Virus record (IMG/VR): IMGVR_UViG_3300032220_000751
DNA length: 64,000 nt
Strand: one strand, 5' to 3'
Origin: a virus
Taxonomy: Duplodnaviria > Heunggongvirae > Uroviricota > Caudoviricetes
A model generated the notes under the pieces. The model had not been told where the DNA came from and made no database searches. It saw only the letters and a program-made list of their open reading frames with translations. This document shows positions 43,940-51,884 of the stretch, piece by piece (the stretch's first letter is position 1; each line of letters begins with the position of its first letter). A program made the translations under genes and the position numbers.

Positions 43940-46183
43940 ATGTCGAAATCCGCAATTCAACTGAAACAAGGCAAGAACGCTGGTGCTGGTTCGAGCCGTC
44001 AATTTCAATCGGTTAGCGAGACCGCCTTCAATGAAATGAAGTCCCACCTGATTCGCTCGGGTACTGGCTTCGAACAAGGTGATGCACGCAAGACCATCAC
44101 CCTGGAAGGCATGGGCGAAACTGACTTCGTCCGCGTCAACAACGCTCTGGATGGCCTGAGCACCGCCCTGGGCACCATCGCTCAAGAAGCCTACACTCTG
44201 GGTCAACGCGTGGATGCCGAAGGCAAGCCCATCGAATCCAAGCACACCCAAGCTCAAGTCGACGCTGCTGCTCTGGCTCTGGCCTATGCATCGGACCCGG
44301 CTTCCTTCTTCAAGACCGCTGGCCGTCGCGCCGTGTCGATGGAAGAAGGCGAAGTCATGATGAAGTCGCCCATTCAGTCGCTGCCGCGTCTGAAGGAATC
44401 GATGGAAGCGTACGACGAGAAGGAAAACCGCAATGCGGCTCTGTACTCGGCTACCTTCAACATGATGGCCGCTCACCAAGACGAATTCGGCGAAGCTTTC
44501 TTCCCGACCGTCGTGGTTCCTGTCGACCAAGCTGGCTACACCATCGCTACCCGTATCACCCGCGTGATCAACGACATCCGTCGCGATCCCAATGGCGATC
44601 CGCAAAGCCTGAACGCCAAGAACATCGTCCAAGCTGTGATCGATGCCTCGATCCTGCGTAACGACATCACCATGCTGTACCCGGTGGTTCGTGACGACAG
44701 CGCCAAGTACTTCGTGGACGCTGGCGACGTGGCTCCGTACAACGTGGAACTGGACGGCAACCCGCTGCTGACCGCTCCGCTGAAGATGGGCGTTGAGTTC
44801 AGCCTGCTGAACATCTCGCAATCGGAAATCGAACTCGCCAAGGGCGTGCAAGATATCACCGACTCCGTCGATCCGGCCATGTACCTGAAGGCTCTGTACA
44901 TCAAGCTGGGTACCGGCAACAGCGCTGAAGTCATCAAGATCCTGACTCAAGATCTGCCGCTGTCCGCTTTCAACTACTCGGTCCAAGACAACTACCGCGA
45001 CGTGGTGCTGAACTTCAAGTCCAAGCGCCTGACCGTGAACTCGAAGACCAAGAAGGCCGACGGTACTGACTCGACCCTGCTGGCTCCGCTGGCTACTGGT
45101 GAACTGAACGTTCGTCTGGGTCTGCGTGTCAACGGTGACTTCAACACCCAAACCGGTAACGGTACTCTGTCGGCCACTCCGGTGACCGTGCAACTGGTGA
45201 CCAAGGCTGGCCAATCCCTGGCTCTGGACGCTGGTGAAGGCAAGACCGCTGCTGACATCTTCGCTGGCGCAACCGTCATCGGCTACGATCTGGACGCTCG
45301 TCGTACCAACAGCAACCTGCGTAACCGTGGTCAACTGCTGGATAACACCTGGCAGTACCAGACCTACCCGCTGCCCATCGGCGCACCGATCTCGATCCTG
45401 CACCCGATGAGCCAAAGCGATGCCAACGATGCAGCTGAACTGTCCTCGCTGATCACCGCCGCTCGTATCACCACCTCGAACCACGCTGTGACTGCACTGC
45501 TGCGCGCACGTGACGCCCTGGCTTCGTTCGTCGTGAATGACGATGGTTTCGATGACAACGAAAACAAGCCGCAGATCTTCGGCGCTGCTTCGCTGTTCGT
45601 CAAGCCGCACTTCAAGCAAGTTCCGTTCGACGCTGAAAAGGTCGTCGACTCGCTGAAGTCGCAAGAGCGTGCACGTGACGTGCAAGAAGCTCTGGTGAAC
45701 GTGCTGCGTTCGGAAATCTACCAAGCGTATCGTGACTCCGGCTACAAGGCCGCTGCTGATGCTCGTGCCGGTGGCCCTGCCCCGACCCCGACCGTCATCA
45801 TCGGTACTGACCCGGTGATCGCTCGCTGGCTGATGGTTACCGGTGACCTGCGTCTGATCGGTCCTGACTTCAATGTCAAGGTCGTGTCGACTCTGGACAC
45901 CCGCATGAAGGGCAAGATCTTCATGTCGTTCGGTAACTTCGACGGCACCAACCAAGGCGTGCCTGACTTCCTGCACTTCGGTAACATGGGCTGGCGTCCG
46001 GAGTTGGTCCTGACCCTGCCGATCAGCCGTAACAACCAGATCTCCAAGGAACTGGTTGTGCAGCCGTCGTTCCTGCACGTGCCGAACCTGCCGATCCTGA
46101 TCCAGGTCGATGTCACCAACATCGAAACTGTGGTTGAGAACAAGGTCTCGGTCAACACCGTGGACGTCACCCCGGCTCCGTAA
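43940..46183 (+). CDS. Major capsid protein (phiKZ gp120-like)
   Basis: 747 aa, extreme codon bias, SMEA cleavage-type motif before YDEKENR, QDEFGEAFFPTVV and C-terminal HVPNLPIL patterns, synteny. Confidence 0.85.
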   Translation: MSKSAIQLKQGKNAGAGSSRQFQSVSETAFNEMKSHLIRSGTGFEQGDARKTITLEGMGETDFVRVNNALDGLSTALGTIAQEAYTLGQRVDAEGKPIESKHTQAQVDAAALALAYASDPASFFKTAGRRAVSMEEGEVMMKSPIQSLPRLKESMEAYDEKENRNAALYSATFNMMAAHQDEFGEAFFPTVVVPVDQAGYTIATRITRVINDIRRDPNGDPQSLNAKNIVQAVIDASILRNDITMLYPVVRDDSAKYFVDAGDVAPYNVELDGNPLLTAPLKMGVEFSLLNISQSEIELAKGVQDITDSVDPAMYLKALYIKLGTGNSAEVIKILTQDLPLSAFNYSVQDNYRDVVLNFKSKRLTVNSKTKKADGTDSTLLAPLATGELNVRLGLRVNGDFNTQTGNGTLSATPVTVQLVTKAGQSLALDAGEGKTAADIFAGATVIGYDLDARRTNSNLRNRGQLLDNTWQYQTYPLPIGAPISILHPMSQSDANDAAELSSLITAARITTSNHAVTALLRARDALASFVVNDDGFDDNENKPQIFGAASLFVKPHFKQVPFDAEKVVDSLKSQERARDVQEALVNVLRSEIYQAYRDSGYKAAADARAGGPAPTPTVIIGTDPVIARWLMVTGDLRLIGPDFNVKVVSTLDTRMKGKIFMSFGNFDGTNQGVPDFLHFGNMGWRPELVLTLPISRNNQISKELVVQPSFLHVPNLPILIQVDVTNIETVVENKVSVNTVDVTPAP

Positions 46184-46365
46184 CTGACGGACCTGGTTAA
46201 GGTGACAGACCTGAATGGGTTCTATCCATTTTGACCCATTCAGGTGTCCTGCTGGACTCTTCGGAGACACAGGACCTTAAGTGGGCCAAAGGCAGTTGAA
46301 AAGCTTTGGGGCTTGGTAGCTACCACTGGGGCTTCGGCTCTGGTGGTAGCTATTTATGCCGTCAG
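46184..46365 (+). ncRNA. Multi-helix RNA element and terminator 3' of the capsid gene
   Basis: CTGACGG/CCGTCAG closing pair, 12-bp 46209-20/46234-45, GTCCTG/CAGGAC, TTAAGG/CCTTAA, 16-bp UUCG hairpin 46317-52. Confidence 0.55.
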
Positions 46366-46408
46366 CTTACTTTTTCCATTTATGCCTTTACTCAATAAAA
46401 ACACAGAC

Positions 46409-46419
46409 ACATATCACTA
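46409..46419 (+). promoter_or_regulatory. Putative early promoter ACATATCACTA
   Basis: Exact motif inside inverted repeat TACTCAATA/TATTGAGTA. Confidence 0.65.
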
Positions 46420-46473
46420 TTGAGTACATAGACAGAGTGTCCTTAAAGAGACATTGAATCCTGGAGAAGTAAA

Positions 46474-47709
46474 ATGAACCCGCTAGCACCCGTACCCAGC
46501 AAATCTTCCCCGTTCAACCCAAATGGACATAATTACGCACTTAGCAATCGGATTAACCAAGCTAAGTACAGAGAAGAGATTGAGTTCTACAATTGCTCGC
46601 GCGCTAAAGTAATGATCCGTCGTCGTGACGGTACCATTATCCCAATGCCTGAGGGCTCTAATGGCCAAGCATCTTATCCGGCCATTGTCGTACGCATCAA
46701 GAAGATCATTCACACGTACGAATTGCAAGGACTCCATGCGGCACTGCGGTCTATCGATACCGCCCGGACTCGTGACTACGCTGAGGTCATTGAGATGTTA
46801 CAAAAGACTGAGATGATGATCAATCATCCCAGCAGCTCGATGGTGAATACACAAGCACTAGACTTCGATTATGTCGTAACGATCGAAGACTTAGAGGCAG
46901 CAGGTGGTGCTCTGTATGTACCTGAGTTGGATATGGTGATTCAATTAACGGCTGACCCCGCCGAGATGAAGCATCATCCCTACTCGAAAGAAGTGGATTA
47001 CTTAAAGACGATCACGAACTTAACTCAGAACCGAGTCAGTAGTGCTCCAGTAGATAAAGCTGGTGGTGTATTTTATTACATCGTTGATAACTTCGGTAAG
47101 TATGGCCCTAAGTTCACTAACATCGATGGAATGGTAATTGCAGTTCCAGTGATGAAAGATGAAGTCAAGCAACAGGGTGTGTATCGTGTCATTGTCAACA
47201 AGTGTCAGTCGGGGCTGTCCATGAAGACATTGGACGAACACTATACATTCGAAGAAGCTGAAAAACATTTCAAGCTATTTAAAACTTTCCAAGAAGCTGC
47301 CAACTTCAAGGAAAATGAGAAAGCTGAATTAGAAAATAGGAATAAAGAACTGAGTAAGGAAATAGATCGACAGAAGGATGAGAATGCATTACTCAAAGCA
47401 GCCCATGAGAGTGACGCCATTCGACTGAAGAAGGAGTTGGAGGACACGAAGCATGCTAATGAAGTAGCTCGCTTGAAGTTGGAACGAGAGCATCGTGAGG
47501 CATCTGCCAATGAGAACAGGGAATTGGAAAGATTGACTCAGGAGACGCGCCGACTGAAGGAGGAGTTAGATAGAAAACAATCTTTACGAAAGGATCGATC
47601 CGACAATTGGAAATTTATATCTGCACTGATAATGACTATGTTGACTGCGGGGCTCTCAGTCAATAAGATCAAGCGCTTCTTTGCAAGCGATGATAGTCAA
47701 AACAGATAA
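46474..47709 (+). CDS. Conserved hypothetical protein with C-terminal coiled coil and hydrophobic tail
   Basis: 411 aa; E/K/R-rich heptads ~aa 290-375. Confidence 0.8.
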   Translation: MNPLAPVPSKSSPFNPNGHNYALSNRINQAKYREEIEFYNCSRAKVMIRRRDGTIIPMPEGSNGQASYPAIVVRIKKIIHTYELQGLHAALRSIDTARTRDYAEVIEMLQKTEMMINHPSSSMVNTQALDFDYVVTIEDLEAAGGALYVPELDMVIQLTADPAEMKHHPYSKEVDYLKTITNLTQNRVSSAPVDKAGGVFYYIVDNFGKYGPKFTNIDGMVIAVPVMKDEVKQQGVYRVIVNKCQSGLSMKTLDEHYTFEEAEKHFKLFKTFQEAANFKENEKAELENRNKELSKEIDRQKDENALLKAAHESDAIRLKKELEDTKHANEVARLKLEREHREASANENRELERLTQETRRLKEELDRKQSLRKDRSDNWKFISALIMTMLTAGLSVNKIKRFFASDDSQNR

Positions 47710-47726
47710 ACCATAAAGGAGTTGGG

Positions 47727-49361
47727 ATGGCTTATGATTCGGGAAGGTGCATGGATCCAGAACTGGCACGGTTAATGGATTCAGTCACTCCTAAGCTTAA
47801 TCCGATATTAGCTGATGGGTTGGCGGTCCATCAAATGAAAGACGTCGCAAAAGAAGTAGATGACATGCTTCGTGCTGCTGCGGCTAGTTTCCCTCCAGGC
47901 TTCCAATACGTGACGTATGCCCTTTGTACGCCTGAGGAAGAATTCGCTGAAGTAACTAAACGTAAGAACAAGCGCTTTTTGGATGTAGCAAGAAGCGACT
48001 TATTCTTAATCAAGTTGTTGTTCAAGTACCAAGGTGAGGATCTTGACCCTCGCTATCTGTATCTGCCCTTCGTGGAAGATGCTGCTGGCATTGTCTTGTC
48101 CGCCTCGCGTTTCTTCTTCATTCCTATTCTGACTGACCCTGGTCTGTCGGTAACTGAAAAGAATGTCTTTATGCGCTTCCTGCGCGATAAGGTCACATTC
48201 AAGCGTATGCCGCATCAGTTCTTGGTACATGGAGAAAAGCGCCTGTTCCGTGAGACTGTTCAGATCGTGTGGTCTAGCATTTACCACACTGCTGAGAAGA
48301 ATGCAAAGACTACGTTGATGCATTACTTGTTGGCTAAGTATGGCTTCAAAGAGACGTTCCGTCGTTTTGGCAAGTGTGATCCGGTGGTGGGGGATATGCA
48401 CAAAGTCAATGAACAGAACTTCCCGCTGGAAGACTGGGTTATCGTCAGTTCAGCAGCCATCAAAGATCCGCACAGCCGTAAGGTCCAAACCAATTATGTC
48501 ACTTCTACTTTGCGCATCGCTATTCCGCGCAATCAGTATACCCAGCAAGTGCGCAATATGCTGGGTGGCTTCTACTACGTGATCGACATGTTCCCGCAAC
48601 GTGTTACTGAAGAGTATATCAACCATACCCGTCTCTGGCAGCAACTGATGGGCACCATCCTGTTTACTGATTCCATCGGTGCAGGTAAGTTGATTGACAA
48701 TGTGTCCAACCACATTGAATCTCTGGATCAGTATCTGGACCATCTGGTACAGAAGAAGCTGAAGGACACAGGCATCGACGTTCAAGACGTCTATGAACTG
48801 TTTGGCATTGTGATCGAACGTTTCGATGAGTGGATTGTGACATCGAATAAGAACGTGGGTACGATGTACGACAAGGAGTTGAGTATCTTGCCGTTCGTCT
48901 TGGAAGAGATCAAGCAAGGTATCTTTAACTTCTACTTCCGTATCACGGCTGCAAATCGTAAGGATGGCAATATGCGTCCTGATCAGATTAAGGCCATGTT
49001 CAATCAAACCTTGCGTCCCGGATTGATTCACTTGATTCGTGCTGGTCACGGTGAAGTGCAAACGATCCTGTATCCTGGTGACAATAAGGTCTTCAAGATC
49101 ACATCGTCGCTGGTACCACAAGAAGCCTCCTCTGGCACCCGGAACAAGAATGACCGCAGTGTAATGGAAGATCCAGCCAAGTGTCTGCACGTGTCTCTGT
49201 CTGAGATTGGAGCGTATTCTGCTCTGAAGAAAGCCGCACCAGACGGACGCAGTAGCTTGAACTGCCATGCATTGCTGGACGAAAAGGGTCGTGTTCAACG
49301 TCACCCTGATCTGGTACCTATGCTTGATCGAGCACAGGAAGTCTTTATCCAGCATCAGTAA
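47727..49361 (+). CDS. Non-virion RNA polymerase beta-subunit N-terminal part (phiKZ gp123-like)
   Basis: 544 aa; YLYLPFV...FF.IP.L.D, LEEIKQ.IF, GDNKVFKITS..VPQE, LHVS..EIG; size and position after capsid gene. Confidence 0.75.
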   Translation: MAYDSGRCMDPELARLMDSVTPKLNPILADGLAVHQMKDVAKEVDDMLRAAAASFPPGFQYVTYALCTPEEEFAEVTKRKNKRFLDVARSDLFLIKLLFKYQGEDLDPRYLYLPFVEDAAGIVLSASRFFFIPILTDPGLSVTEKNVFMRFLRDKVTFKRMPHQFLVHGEKRLFRETVQIVWSSIYHTAEKNAKTTLMHYLLAKYGFKETFRRFGKCDPVVGDMHKVNEQNFPLEDWVIVSSAAIKDPHSRKVQTNYVTSTLRIAIPRNQYTQQVRNMLGGFYYVIDMFPQRVTEEYINHTRLWQQLMGTILFTDSIGAGKLIDNVSNHIESLDQYLDHLVQKKLKDTGIDVQDVYELFGIVIERFDEWIVTSNKNVGTMYDKELSILPFVLEEIKQGIFNFYFRITAANRKDGNMRPDQIKAMFNQTLRPGLIHLIRAGHGEVQTILYPGDNKVFKITSSLVPQEASSGTRNKNDRSVMEDPAKCLHVSLSEIGAYSALKKAAPDGRSSLNCHALLDEKGRVQRHPDLVPMLDRAQEVFIQHQ

Positions 49362-49384
49362 GTCAACATAGTAAAGGAAGATGT

Positions 49385-51412
49385 ATGTATAACGGAATGC
49401 AGCAGCAATTGGTAACATCGCATCTGATTCACCCCTACGTGAACTTGGATCCGAATGTTGCGCTGCCCGTCCCGCAGTTCGCCACCCCCGTACCACAGGT
49501 CGATGCGTACGGGTCGATGATGTTGTTTTGCTTGATCAACAACATTCAAGCGAATGCAGAACAGTCCAGCTTGCGGCGCCTGTTCTTCAATCGCACTGCG
49601 GTGAATGGCTTCAATAATGACTTCATGAACAACAAGGTGTACAAGTCAGCAATGGCTTGGTTGTCCGCCAAGTGTGCCATGGGTCAAGTGTTCAACGTCA
49701 ATGACTTGCGTAACGATGTACAGCAAGCTGCTGGTGAGATTGTCTCTGCGATGGCTGCCAATCAAATCAACGAGTTCCAAGGCTTGTTGAATGAAATCCC
49801 GCCACAGTATCATCAGGTGGTGTGGAGTGATGCACAGGGCTATGCAGAGATCAGTCAAGCGGTCAATGCACACATGCAGCAAGCTTACAATTCGGCAGCT
49901 GGCATCGGTTCAGATGGTCGCTATAGTGCAGCAGCGATGTTTGGTGGTGGCCAATCACCGCGACCTGTACAGCAAGCACCACAGACTGTCGCTTATGGCG
50001 GTCGTCCTGCGCAAAGCAGCATTTCGCAATATCGCCAAGCTCAGCAACCCCCCGGCGCGATTCAGTCCGGTGGTACTGCAGTTGGCAGTCGTTATACTGA
50101 TGGTTCCATGCCTGACCATCAACAGCAGCAGCAACAGGCACAACGACCCCCTCAACATCCGAACCCCTCTAGTCACCTGGCTGGCGCTGTCGGATCTAGC
50201 GACATCTTTAACGATGGTGTCAACAACATGAAGGAGAATCGCACAGTGGATCAACAGAACCCGAGTGAAGTTCTGGAAGACGGATGGATCATTGTCAAGG
50301 CCAGTGAATCCGACTATGTATGGAAGCCTTCTGAACAACAGCGCTACTTCCCGGCGTACGCTCCCTCCAAGAGTGAGCTGTACTTGAAGATCAACCCTCA
50401 AACTGGCGTAGTTATCGCCATGCCTCGCCCTATGGATTACGACGAACACAGCATCCCGAATCTGGCTCGTGTGACCGCGTCGTCCTTCGATGACAAGCGT
50501 GAGTTCCAACAAAACCTGCTGGATCCCCGCCTGGTCAATGATCAGCTGGAAGATGCCAATGAACGTGTAGCTCAGGATAGCAAGAACCACAAGGTTATCC
50601 AAGAGCTGACTGAAACTGGCGCTCAACAAACCACCGTGCACCGTAGCTTGGACCTGGTTGCACATACCGAAGATAGCGTCTGGCATAAGGCGGCTATCCT
50701 GCGTGCTCGTGTCAAAGACGCACCGAAGATCTTCCGTACCTATGCGGTGGTATCTGCTCCCATCGTGGGCGCTGAAGATCAGACCTTCATCGACGTCATC
50801 AGCAACAAGAAGACTTATGCAGAAGTGCGTCAAGTCATTCTGGACAACGCTGAATCGGTACATCCTGAAGTGCTGGCCATGGTCAATCGTTACATGACCC
50901 GCGTCATCAACGATGTCCTGAAGTGCGAACTGTCGCTGAAGGGCTGGAAGATGGACTCGTTCGTCACCGACTATCCGGAACTGGAAGAGAAGCTGCGCGC
51001 CATCAAGGGTGATGTGATTGCCAATGCATTTGCAGACGGCGCTTACGACACCATCGAAGCTGCATTCCAGGAAGTCAACGAAGAAACCAAGTCGGCTCTG
51101 ACGGCTGGTCTCTTGGGTGATACGGACGATGAAGTTGCAGTGACTTTCATCACACACATCCAATCGCTGACTCTGATCGATCTGCTGGCAGTGGAACTGG
51201 ATATTCAACTGTCGAATGAATTCCCGTCTCAACTGCGCTCCAGTGAGCATCCGCATCTGTACAAGCTCGTCAAGGATCTGTACCAAGACGAACGTGTGGA
51301 TGGTTACTCGGTATATCAGAACCTGATCCGTACCAAGGATGGCGTGATTCTGAAGCTGACTCGTGGCCTGCTGGGTAACGAGAGCTATCAGCTGACGATC
51401 GTCGAGAAGTAA
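49385..51412 (+). CDS. Conserved hypothetical protein with central Gln-rich disordered region
   Basis: 675 aa, AAGGA RBS; follows the RNAP subunit. Confidence 0.8.
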   Translation: MYNGMQQQLVTSHLIHPYVNLDPNVALPVPQFATPVPQVDAYGSMMLFCLINNIQANAEQSSLRRLFFNRTAVNGFNNDFMNNKVYKSAMAWLSAKCAMGQVFNVNDLRNDVQQAAGEIVSAMAANQINEFQGLLNEIPPQYHQVVWSDAQGYAEISQAVNAHMQQAYNSAAGIGSDGRYSAAAMFGGGQSPRPVQQAPQTVAYGGRPAQSSISQYRQAQQPPGAIQSGGTAVGSRYTDGSMPDHQQQQQQAQRPPQHPNPSSHLAGAVGSSDIFNDGVNNMKENRTVDQQNPSEVLEDGWIIVKASESDYVWKPSEQQRYFPAYAPSKSELYLKINPQTGVVIAMPRPMDYDEHSIPNLARVTASSFDDKREFQQNLLDPRLVNDQLEDANERVAQDSKNHKVIQELTETGAQQTTVHRSLDLVAHTEDSVWHKAAILRARVKDAPKIFRTYAVVSAPIVGAEDQTFIDVISNKKTYAEVRQVILDNAESVHPEVLAMVNRYMTRVINDVLKCELSLKGWKMDSFVTDYPELEEKLRAIKGDVIANAFADGAYDTIEAAFQEVNEETKSALTAGLLGDTDDEVAVTFITHIQSLTLIDLLAVELDIQLSNEFPSQLRSSEHPHLYKLVKDLYQDERVDGYSVYQNLIRTKDGVILKLTRGLLGNESYQLTIVEK

Positions 51413-51494
51413 GTAGTACAGCTGTAAAAGGAAATGGGCTACCTTCGGGTAGCCCTTGTAGCCCCTCAATCTCTGAATCAAAAAGGAAATAGTC

Positions 51495-51809
51495 ATGCCC
51501 AATAACATCGACATCAAGGTCACCGGCGACAACCCCGAAGTGGTCGAAGCGGTTTCGCACGTTGTTGCTTCCTCGCTGCAAGAAGCTGGTTTCCACAACA
51601 CTGCAGTGATGTCCACCAACACCGGTGAACCCGAGAACCCCAATCCCAGCCTGCTGGACCTGATGAAGCAAGGCAATCCGGAACTGTTCAACACCAACAT
51701 CGCCGTGACTCCCGTCTTCGATGCACCGGAATCGGATGCTGGTGAAGCACTGGAACCGGCTGGCTCCGATGATGCTGTCGTCGAAGCCGAAGAACTGCAA
51801 GTCGCCTAA
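51495..51809 (+). CDS. Small acidic protein
   Basis: AAGGA RBS, strong codon bias. Confidence 0.8.
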   Translation: MPNNIDIKVTGDNPEVVEAVSHVVASSLQEAGFHNTAVMSTNTGEPENPNPSLLDLMKQGNPELFNTNIAVTPVFDAPESDAGEALEPAGSDDAVVEAEELQVA

Positions 51810-51822
51810 GCCATAAGCTGAC

Positions 51823-51863
51823 GGCATAAGAGCCCACTCCCTTCGGGGAGTGGGCTTTATGAC
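51823..51863. terminator. Bidirectional GGCATAA-hairpin-TTATG terminator
   Basis: AGCCCACTCC-CTTCGG-GGAGTGGGCT between convergent genes. Confidence 0.75.
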
Positions 51864-51884
51864 ACTTGCTTTTTTTTTGGTTAA

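Noticed and set aside
43793-46270. 825-aa minus-strand ORF opposite the capsid gene (likewise 36000..37673, 49955..51700, 23024..24037, 24137..25141, 6909..7469, 4074..4808)
   Set aside because: Antisense shadows of strongly codon-biased genes; no RBS, no motifs, and they span real genes almost exactly
49385-51412. Sigma-like nvRNAP promoter-specificity subunit (gp68-like)
   Set aside because: No recognisable motifs; its position after the gp123-like subunit fits a different conserved hypothetical
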